Origin: an uncultured Bifidobacterium sp.
GTDB lineage: Bacteria; Actinomycetota; Actinomycetes; Nanopelagicales; Nanopelagicaceae
Reading direction: 5' to 3'
Length of the DNA stretch: 37,895 nt
NCBI GenBank assembly: GCA_964476715.1
Contig: CAYZBP010000001.1
Span: 1-37,895, forward strand
A program made the position numbers and the translations under genes. Under the pieces are notes generated by a model, which did not search any database, was not told where the DNA came from, and saw only the letters and a list, made by a program, of their open reading frames with translations. Shown one piece after another: positions 26,270-34,882 of this stretch (positions are counted from its first letter, which is position 1; every line of letters begins with the position of its first letter).

Positions 26270-27313
26270 ATGTTAAAAACTCGTGGGTATGCGGCTACCA
26301 CTGCCGGCGCTCAACTGGCACCTTTTGATTTCGAAAGACGTGATCCAAGAGCAGAGGATGTGGTGATTGAGATCACCCATGCAGGCATCTGTCATTCAGA
26401 TATCCACCAGGTCCGCGAAGAATGGGGATCCGCCTTATTTCCGATGGTTCCTGGACATGAAATTGTTGGGAAAGTTATAGCGGTTGGTACCAATGTTTCT
26501 AAATTCGCAGTTGGTGCGGTTGTTGGAGTAGGCGTATTTGTTGATTCTTGTCGTAAATGTGAAAACTGCTTAGCCGGAGTTGAGCAATACTGTTTAGAAG
26601 GTATGACTGGTACATACAATGGTTTAGAACGTGATGGAGTAACAGTTGCGCAAGGCGGATATTCGAAAGTAATCGTCGTCGCAGAAGATTATGTTGTAAA
26701 TATTCCAGGAAATTTAGAACTTGCAAACGTAGCGCCACTCTTGTGTGCTGGCATTACCCTTTATTCACCATTACGTCATTGGAAAGCCGGATCTGGTAAG
26801 AAAGTTGCAATTCTTGGCTTAGGTGGATTAGGTCACATGGGTGTTAAGTACGCAAAAGCTATGGGTGCGGAAGTCACAGTGTTCTCTCATTCCCCTGAAA
26901 AGCGCGACGATGCTTTAAGCATGGGAGCAACTCATTTTGTGGCTAAAGCTGGCCCAGAAGATTTTAAGAAACTGGCAAAAACTTTTGATTTGATTTTGAA
27001 TACAGTCTCGGTTGATTTAAATCTTGAAGATTATTTAGGAATGCTTAAGTTAGATGGCACTTTAGTTTTAATCGGTCTACCTGGAGCTCCTTATAGCGTT
27101 CCAGCAGGGGTATTGCTCGGTCAACGTCGACGCCTAGCCGGATCGATGATTGGTGGAGTACGCGAGTTGCAAGAGATGTTGAATTTCTCCGGTGAACATA
27201 ACATTACAAGTGATGTCGAAGTAATCGACCCTGAATATATTAATACTGCCTGGGATCGAACTGTTAAGTCAGATGTTAAGTATCGATTTGTAATTGATGT
27301 TTCAAAAATCTAG
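26270..27313 (+). CDS. Zinc-dependent NAD(P)-dependent alcohol dehydrogenase (cinnamyl-alcohol dehydrogenase / AdhC-YahK-like)
   Basis: GICHSDIH, GHEIVGKV, structural-Zn cysteines CRKCENCLAGVEQYC, and Rossmann GLGGLGHMGVKYA. GGGAGAG SD upstream. Confidence 0.9.
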   Translation: MLKTRGYAATTAGAQLAPFDFERRDPRAEDVVIEITHAGICHSDIHQVREEWGSALFPMVPGHEIVGKVIAVGTNVSKFAVGAVVGVGVFVDSCRKCENCLAGVEQYCLEGMTGTYNGLERDGVTVAQGGYSKVIVVAEDYVVNIPGNLELANVAPLLCAGITLYSPLRHWKAGSGKKVAILGLGGLGHMGVKYAKAMGAEVTVFSHSPEKRDDALSMGATHFVAKAGPEDFKKLAKTFDLILNTVSVDLNLEDYLGMLKLDGTLVLIGLPGAPYSVPAGVLLGQRRRLAGSMIGGVRELQEMLNFSGEHNITSDVEVIDPEYINTAWDRTVKSDVKYRFVIDVSKI

Positions 27314-28041
27314 CGAACAGTAGAGATAAAAGTTGCCAGCAATGGAGCAACCGCAAGGGCTGGAAGCAAATCACCAACTGCGATAATTTTGAAGTTCAAC
27401 AATCGCATACCTATCCCTATTAATAACATTCCTCCGACGCTAGTCATGGCTGAGATCTGATAATCAGACAAAACTGAACCGAGCGCAAAACCGACACCAC
27501 TCCAAGCACCTTGATAGACAAGGACTGAGAGCGCAGAAGCTCCAACCCCCCAACCGAGTGCAGCTGCGAAAGCTATTGCCGCGAATCCATCCATAACGCT
27601 TTTAAGAATCAATAAAGAATTGCCTTCACCTAAACCATCGCTAATACTTCCCAGAATTGCCATAGGACCAACGCAGAAAACTAAAGATGCGCTAACAAAA
27701 CCGGCGACAAAATTTCCATCGCCTTCTTTTTCTTTCGTGAATTTCTTCTCTAGGTATGTACCTAGTCCATTTAGACGATCCTCGATCCGCAAGGCAGATC
27801 CAATTAATCCCCCGATCAGCAGAGAACCTAGAACAACTAATATCGGCCACCCTTCCCCAACGGCGTTTACGAAATCTGGGTTCCACATTGCTGCAGCCGC
27901 GCCTGCTGCTGCGAGGAAAGAGACTAAACCAAGCGCATCAGTAACTAATGTTCGAGTTCTATTCGGGATCCGAGTACCAATAAGAGTGCCAAGGGCCGTG
28001 CCGAGCAAGATCGCTACAACATTTATCAAAGTTCCAATCAT
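27310..28041 (-). CDS. DUF554-family integral membrane protein
   Basis: N-terminus MIGTLINVVAILLGTALGTLIG and a multi-TM Gly/Ala-rich profile. 4-nt overlap with uppP. Confidence 0.7.
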   Translation of the reverse strand: MIGTLINVVAILLGTALGTLIGTRIPNRTRTLVTDALGLVSFLAAAGAAAAMWNPDFVNAVGEGWPILVVLGSLLIGGLIGSALRIEDRLNGLGTYLEKKFTKEKEGDGNFVAGFVSASLVFCVGPMAILGSISDGLGEGNSLLILKSVMDGFAAIAFAAALGWGVGASALSVLVYQGAWSGVGFALGSVLSDYQISAMTSVGGMLLIGIGMRLLNFKIIAVGDLLPALAVAPLLATFISTVR

Positions 28042-28913
28042 AGGAATTTCACCACAGAGATTGCTCCGATAAATAGACAGTAAAACGCAAATGGGTAAAG
28101 CGTGTGATGCTTAAACCACTTCACTAGAATTTTCACTGAAATGTAAGTTCCTAAGGCGGCAACAATCGAACCTACGATGACTGGCCCGATTATGTGACTT
28201 ATCTCCGGATTGAACAGATCTGGGATCTTTAAAATACCGGCACCGAGAATTACTGGCGTTGCTAGAAGAAAAGCAAAATCTGAAGCCGCGGAATGAGAAA
28301 GTCCTCTATTCAAGCCAGCACCCATAGTTACACCGAATCTACTGATGCCCGGAAATAACGCTGTTGATTGTGCTACACCAATCGTGAATGCACTTTTAAA
28401 AGATATTTGATGAACTAAAGTTTCATCCGAGTCTGTGATTGTTTTTCTTCTACTTGATTTTTCGGCAATGACTAAAATCAATCCATTTATAGTGAGAAAA
28501 ATACTTGCAGCGAGCGGCTCTGAGAAAAGAACTTGGAACTCTCTTTCAAATGCTATTCCCAAAACACCAACAGGAATGGTTGCTAGTAAAATCAACCAAA
28601 TAATTCTGGATTCAGGTGTCTCTATTGAACGTAATTTCAAACTTGCGAAAAATGCTCGAATTAATTGCAGCCATCTTTTCCAGAAAATCAATAAAAGTGT
28701 GATCGCGCTAGCTGCATGTAAGGCAATGATCATCAATAAATATGGAGATTCTCCTGCGGTGGTATTTGTTAGAAATGATTTCCATTCGCCACCAATCCAC
28801 GCAGGAACAAGGATTGAGTGACCTAAGCTTGAAATTGGGAATAACTCAGTAACACCTTGCAAGAATCCAGTCAATATCGCTTGCCAATATGAAAGTTCAA
28901 GTTGTGTAGCCAC
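28038..28913 (-). CDS. uppP: Undecaprenyl-diphosphate phosphatase (BacA/UppP)
   Basis: Signature motifs ELFPISSLGHS and PGISRFGVT. Eight hydrophobic segments. GTG start. Confidence 0.9.
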   Translation of the reverse strand: MATQLELSYWQAILTGFLQGVTELFPISSLGHSILVPAWIGGEWKSFLTNTTAGESPYLLMIIALHAASAITLLLIFWKRWLQLIRAFFASLKLRSIETPESRIIWLILLATIPVGVLGIAFEREFQVLFSEPLAASIFLTINGLILVIAEKSSRRKTITDSDETLVHQISFKSAFTIGVAQSTALFPGISRFGVTMGAGLNRGLSHSAASDFAFLLATPVILGAGILKIPDLFNPEISHIIGPVIVGSIVAALGTYISVKILVKWFKHHTLYPFAFYCLFIGAISVVKFL

Positions 28914-28920
28914 TTGCCCA

Positions 28921-28926
28921 ACGATA
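28921..28926 (-). promoter_or_regulatory. Candidate -10 (TATCGT) for a leaderless uppP transcript
   Basis: Reverse-strand TAnnnT 7 nt upstream of the uppP GTG (28913). Confidence 0.3.
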
Positions 28927-28941
28927 TCGGCTAAGAACTAA

Positions 28942-28947
28942 TAAGAT
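28942..28947 (+). promoter_or_regulatory. Candidate -10 (TAAGAT) for a leaderless transcript of the YczE-like gene
   Basis: TAnnnT 6 nt upstream of the ATG at 28954. No SD. Confidence 0.35.
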
Positions 28948-28953
28948 GCGCTA

Positions 28954-29601
28954 ATGAGATTTAGACTCTCGCGGACCATTCCGCATACTCCGTGGAGAGC
29001 CGAAAATACTTGGTCGCTTTCCCCGCAGCGCTTTGCAATTTTGATTTTTGGTTTGGTGCTTTTTGGTATTGGTGATGGACTATTGGTTGTAGCTCACATT
29101 GGTAATGCACCTTGGAGTGTTTTGGCCCAAGGCTTAAGTTTGCGCACAAATATCGCATTGGGCTGGTGGACATTTTTTATCAGCACCATAGTTCTTCTGA
29201 TTTGGATCCCATTGCGGGAAAAACCGGGCTTTGGAACTATTGCCAATATCGTGGTGATAGCGACCTTTATCCAATTGACCGTAGATCTACTGCCAACCCC
29301 ATCGGCCCTTTGGAGCCAACTGACCCTTTCCATAATTGGGGTCATAACGGTGGGAGCCGGCAGTGCGCTTTATCTGACCTGTGCTTTAGGACCTGGCCCC
29401 CGAGATGGCTTGATGACCGCTTTGCACTACCGAACCGGGCTGCCCGTAGGACGCGTCCGGCTATTTATCGAGGTCGTGGTTTTGACGCTCGGCTGGTCCC
29501 TGGGTGGACGAGTCGGGATCGGAACTGTTCTATTTGCGCTCTTCATCGGCTTTTCGGTCGCTTTTTGGTTAGAAATCGTGGGGCGTCTTACCGCCCGTTA
29601 A
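28954..29601 (+). CDS. YczE-like integral membrane protein (function unknown)
   Basis: 215 aa, five to six TM segments. GLVLFGIGDGLLVVAHIGNAPWSVLAQGL resembles the YczE/YitT-type N-terminal motif. Family assignment is from memory. Confidence 0.55.
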   Translation: MRFRLSRTIPHTPWRAENTWSLSPQRFAILIFGLVLFGIGDGLLVVAHIGNAPWSVLAQGLSLRTNIALGWWTFFISTIVLLIWIPLREKPGFGTIANIVVIATFIQLTVDLLPTPSALWSQLTLSIIGVITVGAGSALYLTCALGPGPRDGLMTALHYRTGLPVGRVRLFIEVVVLTLGWSLGGRVGIGTVLFALFIGFSVAFWLEIVGRLTAR

Positions 29602-29704
29602 GCAAATCCACAGGTAGGTTAATGGCATCTTCCCTCGGTGTCGCGAGCCGTTACTTCGCACGGGGTCGCAAACACCCCCGTTACCAAAACAGTAAAGAGG
29701 GGTA
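29602..29704 (+). promoter_or_regulatory. GC-rich 103-nt leader of the purine permease gene with mutually exclusive hairpins and an anti-SD segment (candidate cis-regulatory RNA)
   Basis: Hairpins GCGAG-CCGTTAC-TTCGC and CGGGG-(10-nt loop)-CCCCG. An alternative pairing GGTGT/ACACC competes with them. TCCCTC (29631-29636) can pair with the SD GAGGGG (29696-29701). CCGTTA occurs three times between 29595 and 29674. No match to the classical purine riboswitch core that I can see. Confidence 0.25.
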
Positions 29705-31138
29705 ATGCTAGATTCATATTTCAAAATTAGTGAACGTGGATCTACCGTCGGACGTGAAGTTCGCGGTGGTCTAGTTACGTTCTTCACGATGGCTTACATC
29801 GTGGCTCTCAATCCGCTAATCATCGGTCTTTCGAAAGACAGCACCGGTAAATTCATTGGTGGAGACGCTCCTAACTTGGCAAAAATTGCCGCTGTCACCG
29901 CTCTGATTGCCGGAATTTTGACAATCCTGATGGGCGTTGTGGCTAATTTTCCATTAGCACTAGCAACTGGTTTAGGTCTTAACACTTTCGTTGCAGTAGG
30001 TATTGCTTCGCAAATGACCTGGCAAGAAGCTATGGGATTGGTGGTACTAGAAGGCTTAATTATTTTGATTTTGGTACTCACCGGTTTCCGAGTTGCCGTA
30101 TTCAAGGCGATCCCAACTCAACTGAAGATTGCAATCTCAGTTGGTATTGGCTTGTTTATCGCATTGATCGGTTTAGTAGATGCCGGATTCGTCCGCAAAA
30201 CCGCATCAGGTCCAGTGCCAGTAACTCTTGGCGATGGTGGAACACTTGTTGGCTGGCCGATAGTTGTTTTTGCTTTCGGTTTGCTATTGATGATCGGCTT
30301 GATGGTCAAGAAAGTTAAAGCCGCTATTTTAATCGGCATCGTCGCAGCAACTGTTTTGGCTGTTGTTATCGAATCCGCATTCAAAATCGGTCCATTATTT
30401 GACGGTGCTACCGGCAAAGTAAATCCAAAAGGTTGGAATTTAAATGTGCCAGCAGTACCTGAGGATGTTGTGGCTACTCCTGATTTCAGCATCATTGGAA
30501 GTTTCGATCTATTCGGAGCATTCTCTCGAGTAAGTGTTGTTGCTGCACTGTTGTTCGTCTTCACACTTCTTTTGGCTGATTTCTTCGACACCATGGGAAC
30601 GATGACTGCAATTGGTGCAGAAGCAGAACTCAATGACAAAGATGGAAATGTTCCAAACGCTAACAAGATCTTGTTAGTTGACTCGGTAGCAGCTATTGCT
30701 GGTGGAGCATCTTCAATCTCTTCAAATACCTCATATATCGAATCAGCTTCAGGTGTCGGTGAAGGTGCACGTACCGGATTGGCATCTGTAGTTACTGGTA
30801 TTTGTTTCTTACTAACAACTTTCTTAGCTCCACTTGTTGCAATCATTCCTTACGAAGCAGCAACACCAGCTTTGATCATTGTTGGATTCTTGATGATGAC
30901 CCAGATTAAGGGAATTGAATGGAGTGACTTGGGTATTGCTCTCCCAGCATTCTTAACAATTATCTTGATGCCATTTACTTACAACATCACCGTAGGTATT
31001 GGTGCTGGCTTTGTATCACACGTATTGATTCGTGGGCTGCAAGGTAAGGGTAAAGAAGTGCACTGGTTGCTCTGGTTAATTTCAGGGCTGTTTATGGTTT
31101 ACTTCTTAACTTCACCAATTAATAATTGGGTAGGTTAA
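29705..31138 (+). CDS. NCS2-family (AzgA/PbuG-like) adenine/guanine/hypoxanthine permease
   Basis: 477 aa. N-terminus ERGSTVGREVRGGLVTFFTMAYIVALNP and SNTSYIESASGV. About 12 TM segments. AAGAGGGG SD. Confidence 0.9.
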   Translation: MLDSYFKISERGSTVGREVRGGLVTFFTMAYIVALNPLIIGLSKDSTGKFIGGDAPNLAKIAAVTALIAGILTILMGVVANFPLALATGLGLNTFVAVGIASQMTWQEAMGLVVLEGLIILILVLTGFRVAVFKAIPTQLKIAISVGIGLFIALIGLVDAGFVRKTASGPVPVTLGDGGTLVGWPIVVFAFGLLLMIGLMVKKVKAAILIGIVAATVLAVVIESAFKIGPLFDGATGKVNPKGWNLNVPAVPEDVVATPDFSIIGSFDLFGAFSRVSVVAALLFVFTLLLADFFDTMGTMTAIGAEAELNDKDGNVPNANKILLVDSVAAIAGGASSISSNTSYIESASGVGEGARTGLASVVTGICFLLTTFLAPLVAIIPYEAATPALIIVGFLMMTQIKGIEWSDLGIALPAFLTIILMPFTYNITVGIGAGFVSHVLIRGLQGKGKEVHWLLWLISGLFMVYFLTSPINNWVG

Positions 31139-31153
31139 TAAGCGTTAATAAGT

Positions 31154-31194
31154 AAATAGCGCCGGTTCACTTAAAGTGGCCCGGCGCTATTTTT
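31154..31194. terminator. Intrinsic terminator between the convergent permease and ABC-ATPase genes
   Basis: AAATAGCGCCGG (31154-31165) pairs with CCGGCGCTATTT (31181-31192), giving a GC-rich 8-bp core. A T5 run follows on the + strand. Confidence 0.7.
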
Positions 31195-31197
31195 AAT

Positions 31198-32037
31198 TTA
31201 AAGAGCTCTTGCGAACCAACGTCCATTTTCGTGAGATAAATCAATTGTGAGACCGAAAGCCTGCGAAATATTGACAGAGGTTAAAACGTCATTTATCGGG
31301 CCCGCTGCAACAACTCCCCCATCTCGCAATAACAAGGCATGAGTAGTGCCACTTGGAATCTCTTCGACGTGATGAGTGACCAGCAAACTTGTTGGTGCTG
31401 CAGGATCCAATGCCAGGCCACTTAATCTGGTTAGTAGATCTTCACGGGCTCCTAGATCTAATCCAGCGGCCGGTTCATCTAAAATTAACAGTTCAGGATC
31501 TGGCATTAGCGCTCTGGCGATTTGAATTCTTTTTCGTTCGCCCTCACTCATGCTTCCGAATTTTTGATCCTTATTTTGCGATACCCCAAATAAGGAAAGC
31601 ATTCCCAATGCTCTTGATTCATCCCATAAATCATAAACTTCTTGCCACCTTCCAGTGACGGCCCAAGATGCGGTCATAACCACATCCAAAGCGCACTCAT
31701 CTGGTGGAATTCGATCTGTTAGAGCCGCACTACTTAACCCAATACGATGACGAAGTTCAAAGACATCCACGCGACCTAATAACTCATCTAGCACCCATGC
31801 TTGGCCTTTTGTAGGGTGGATTAAAGTCGCAGCAATTGCTATCAAAGAAGTTTTACCAGCACCATTCGGACCCAAAATCACCCAGCGCTGACCTTCATCT
31901 ACTCGCCAGGTAATCGGCCCCAAGATTTGACGCCCACCTCGGGTTAAACAAACTTCGTTAAAATCAATAACTGACACAGGAGTAAAACCTACCTGATCTG
32001 CAGCCATAATCAGAGCAAAAGTCTCCACCGGAGTCAA
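31198..32037 (-). CDS. Stand-alone ABC-type ATP-binding protein (Rv3041c/ModF/YlmA-like), no adjacent permease
   Basis: Walker A GPNGAGKTS, degenerate signature MSEGERKR, Walker B LLILDEPAAGLD, H-loop VTHH. The start is uncertain (TTG 32037, ATG 32007 or GTG 31977). Confidence 0.8.
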   Translation of the reverse strand: MTPVETFALIMAADQVGFTPVSVIDFNEVCLTRGGRQILGPITWRVDEGQRWVILGPNGAGKTSLIAIAATLIHPTKGQAWVLDELLGRVDVFELRHRIGLSSAALTDRIPPDECALDVVMTASWAVTGRWQEVYDLWDESRALGMLSLFGVSQNKDQKFGSMSEGERKRIQIARALMPDPELLILDEPAAGLDLGAREDLLTRLSGLALDPAAPTSLLVTHHVEEIPSGTTHALLLRDGGVVAAGPINDVLTSVNISQAFGLTIDLSHENGRWFARAL

Positions 32038-32042
32038 AGTAA

Positions 32043-33005
32043 TTGACGCTAACCTTGCCCACTGTGAGCGCCGCTATAACCCTTTCGGGCAATATTCAAC
32101 ACGACCTTACCCACAAGATATTGGGGCATCTAAATACTTTTGAGGTATCCGAGGTGACCGAGAAAGTTTCAGTTGGCGAAATATTTATAACAGTTCTTTT
32201 GAATAACTCCACCAAAGAGATCCAAAGTTCAGCTCACTACGGAATATTGAAGGATTTTGCGCAACTCTCACATCTGGCTCTTGAGTGTTCGGAATTTGAT
32301 ACAGCACCAAAGCATCGAATCCGCGTGAAAAGAGACCATAGAAGTGAAGGCAATAAGCGATTAATCCTTCTAGATGTGGATTCGACTTTAATACAGCAAG
32401 AAGTTATCGAATTATTGGCAAATAAAGCAGGCGCTGGTGCAGAGGTTGCAGAGATAACGACCGCTGCGATGTCTGGCCAACTCGATTTTGCTGCGGCTTT
32501 ACATGCTCGAGTGAAACTCTTGAATGGTTTGCCTGAATCCGTTCTAGAGGAAGTTCGCAACGAAGTCTCTTTGACACCGGGTGCGCGTGAGTTGATCAGC
32601 GCTCTAAAGCAACTCAATCATTGTGTGGGTATTGTCTCCGGCGGATTTATAGATGTGATTTCACCGTTGGCAAACGAATTGCAAATTGATTATGTTCGCG
32701 CCAATAAACTGGAAGTTAAAGATGGAAAACTTACTGGCGGTTTAGAAGGACCGATTATTGACCGTGCAGGCAAAGCCCAATCTCTTTTTGATTTTGCTAA
32801 AAACTGTGGAGTTGATATCGCAGATACGATTGCAGTCGGCGATGGAGCAAACGACATTGACATGCTCAAGAGTGCAGGTTTAGGAATAGCCTTTAATGCC
32901 AAGCCTATTTTGCAATCAGTTGCGGATATATCTTTGAACAGTACTCACTTGGATACAGTGCTTTACTTGATTGGCCTGTCTAAGAAAGATTTAGCCGCGA
33001 TTTAA
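32043..33005 (+). CDS. serB: Phosphoserine phosphatase SerB with N-terminal ACT-like regulatory domain
   Basis: HAD motif I LLDVDSTLIQQEVI and motif IV GDGANDIDML. TTG start with a GGAG 9 nt upstream; an alternative GTG lies at 32064. Confidence 0.85.
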   Translation: MTLTLPTVSAAITLSGNIQHDLTHKILGHLNTFEVSEVTEKVSVGEIFITVLLNNSTKEIQSSAHYGILKDFAQLSHLALECSEFDTAPKHRIRVKRDHRSEGNKRLILLDVDSTLIQQEVIELLANKAGAGAEVAEITTAAMSGQLDFAAALHARVKLLNGLPESVLEEVRNEVSLTPGARELISALKQLNHCVGIVSGGFIDVISPLANELQIDYVRANKLEVKDGKLTGGLEGPIIDRAGKAQSLFDFAKNCGVDIADTIAVGDGANDIDMLKSAGLGIAFNAKPILQSVADISLNSTHLDTVLYLIGLSKKDLAAI

Positions 33006-33844
33006 AGACGACAAGCGTGGATATCGGTAACCAGGATTCCTCTTGCTCCCAGAGACCACAAATCATCCATTATCCGATGAGCATCTTGGCGTTTGACCAT
33101 TGCCCGGATAGCCATCCATCCTTCGACTTTTAAAGGAGAAATAGTAGGAGATTCAATTCCTGGCGTTAGCGCACACGCCGCTTCCACCAAATCGCTTTTT
33201 ACGTCGTAATCCATCAAAACGTATTGCCTAGCGATAATCACACTGTTTAACCTGTGAATCAAAACTTGCATCTCATTACTTGTTTTAGAACTTGAAATCA
33301 AAACCGCTTCGCTTTCCAGCATTGATTCGCCGATAACTTTAAGACCTGCCTGTCGAAGGGTATTTCCGGTAGAGACCACATCGGCGATCGCATCCGCTAC
33401 GCCAAGTCTGACTGCGCTTTCAACAGCTCCATCAAGCTGGACTACATCGGCTTTTATGGATTTACTATCTAAATACTTTTTAACCAAACCTGGATAAGAA
33501 GTTGCGACTCTTTTTCCGTTCAAAATCGAAATATCGGCACCGTCTGTCGAAACAGGTACACCAAATCGGAAAGTGGATTTTCCAAAACCTAAAGGCAAAA
33601 GCTCTTGTGCATTTACGCCGGAATCAAGCAATAAGTCTCTACCCGTTATCCCGATACTCAACTCGCCTGATGCTACATAAATTGCAATATCGCGTGGCCT
33701 TAAATAATAAAATTCAATCTGATTTACTTCATCGATGGTAACTAAATCCCTTGAGTCAGAACGTTGTTTGTAGCCGGCCTCTAGAAGTATCTTAATTGAA
33801 TCCTCAGCAAGAGATCCTTTATTAGGAAGAGCAACGCGTAACAT
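33002..33844 (-). CDS. hisG: ATP phosphoribosyltransferase, long form
   Basis: MLRVALPNKGSL N-terminus, TGNTLRQAGL, and a C-terminal regulatory domain. GGAGG SD 5 nt upstream. Confidence 0.9.
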   Translation of the reverse strand: MLRVALPNKGSLAEDSIKILLEAGYKQRSDSRDLVTIDEVNQIEFYYLRPRDIAIYVASGELSIGITGRDLLLDSGVNAQELLPLGFGKSTFRFGVPVSTDGADISILNGKRVATSYPGLVKKYLDSKSIKADVVQLDGAVESAVRLGVADAIADVVSTGNTLRQAGLKVIGESMLESEAVLISSSKTSNEMQVLIHRLNSVIIARQYVLMDYDVKSDLVEAACALTPGIESPTISPLKVEGWMAIRAMVKRQDAHRIMDDLWSLGARGILVTDIHACRL

Positions 33845-33885
33845 TCCAACCTCCTTTTTGCATTACATTATTAGCCTAAACAATC

Positions 33886-34149
33886 CTAAAGTTCTTGGTA
33901 AACCGCATCCATTTCAATTTCACGTGCCAACATCATCACTTGTAAATAATAAATGAGCTGACTGATCTCCAGTGCTAAATCTTCATCACTTTCATACTCT
34001 GCAGCCATCCACACTTCAGCGGCTTCTTCAATAATCTTTTTACCTATTGAGTGGACTCCCCCAGCCAAAAGTTCTGAAGTGCTGGATCCTGCCGGTCGGG
34101 TTCGTGCAATCTCCCCGAGTTCGCGCCACAACTCTTCAAAGGTTTTCAC
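33886..34149 (-). CDS. hisE: Phosphoribosyl-ATP pyrophosphatase
   Basis: 87 aa, MazG-like helix bundle. [11 protein letters not shown]...[15 protein letters not shown] start. Directly upstream of hisG. Confidence 0.9.
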   Translation of the reverse strand: MKTFEELWRELGEIARTRPAGSSTSELLAGGVHSIGKKIIEEAAEVWMAAEYESDEDLALEISQLIYYLQVMMLAREIEMDAVYQEL

Positions 34150-34156
34150 ATCTCAA

Positions 34157-34162
34157 AGGATA
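34157..34162 (-). promoter_or_regulatory. Candidate -10 (TATCCT) for a leaderless hisE-hisG transcript
   Basis: Reverse-strand TAnnnT 7 nt upstream of the hisE GTG (34149). No SD. Confidence 0.35.
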
Positions 34163-34203
34163 GTGCAGGCTCAACAGTAGATGCGTTCCATTTACCTAGA
34201 TTG

Positions 34204-34875
34204 CTAAGAGTTATTGAGTTGACTCACGGCTAGTGAACGCAATTTGCGAACCATCTCTGCTGGATCTTCAGATTTGTAGACTGCCGATCCGGCCACAAAG
34301 GTATCTGCTCCGGCGCGTGTGGCTATTTCAATGGTTGCAGCTGAAATGCCGCCATCGACTTGCAACCAAATGTCACGTTCAGAAGATTTCAGAGCCGCCC
34401 GCACCTGCGCTACTTTCTCCATTTGATCTTCCATAAAACTTTGACCACCGAAACCTGGCTCTACTGTCATGACCAAGACCATATCTACCGAATCAATCAA
34501 ATTTGAAATGGCGCTAAATGGAGTATTTGGTTTTATAGCAACTCCAGCTCTCGCACCTTTCTGCTTAATCTCCTTGATCAGCCGCTCTGGATTATCACTT
34601 GCTTCAATGTGGAAAGTTACGCTGTCAGCACCGATTTCTGCGTACTCAACGCCAATCCGATCGACATCAGCAACCATCAAATGTGCATCAATGGGGATTG
34701 GACATTCTCTAATGATTTTCGAAGCAGTGCCAAAATCAAAAGTAAAATTCGGAACAAAAATATTATCCATGATATCTAGATGGATTAGATCTGAAACTGA
34801 CGCTACCTTGGAAATTTCATTTGCAAGGTCATTGAAGTCTGCATTGAGAATGCTTGGGGTAATTCGCACGTGCAT
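34204..34875 (-). CDS. rpe: Ribulose-phosphate 3-epimerase
   Basis: ITPSILNADF, HLDIMD, MTVEPGFGGQSF and VDGGI. I moved the start to the ATG at 34875 (MHVRITPSIL), because the longer track ORF would overlap rsmB by 50 nt. Confidence 0.9.
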   Translation of the reverse strand: MHVRITPSILNADFNDLANEISKVASVSDLIHLDIMDNIFVPNFTFDFGTASKIIRECPIPIDAHLMVADVDRIGVEYAEIGADSVTFHIEASDNPERLIKEIKQKGARAGVAIKPNTPFSAISNLIDSVDMVLVMTVEPGFGGQSFMEDQMEKVAQVRAALKSSERDIWLQVDGGISAATIEIATRAGADTFVAGSAVYKSEDPAEMVRKLRSLAVSQLNNS

Positions 34876-34882
34876 ATTGATA

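Noticed and set aside
27620-28072. 150-aa plus-strand ORF
   Set aside because: It is antisense to the DUF554 gene and the uppP 3' end. The composition is Pro/Ser/Arg-rich and typical of shadow ORFs, with no start context.
29602-29704. Classical guanine/adenine riboswitch upstream of the purine permease
   Set aside because: I could not find the conserved three-way-junction core (for example the UAUAAU-like J1-2, the loop-loop GG/CC signatures or the specificity C/U context). It is kept only as an unclassified structured leader in the findings.
29112-29705. 197-aa alternative-frame plus-strand ORF overlapping the YczE-like gene and the permease leader
   Set aside because: It is an Arg/Pro/Gly-rich product created by the local GC spike. 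The other frame encodes a coherent multi-TM protein starting at a leaderless-type promoter.
30118-30846. 242-aa minus-strand ORF, strikingly long for a mid-40s % GC sequence
   Set aside because: It is entirely antisense to the NCS2 permease. In this register, antisense stops arise only where a sense codon ending in T or C is followed by a TA-initial codon, or one ending in T is followed by a CA-initial codon (Tyr, His, Gln). These are rare in a hydrophobic transporter, so the open frame is expected. The product is Ala/Thr/Ser/Pro low-complexity with no SD.
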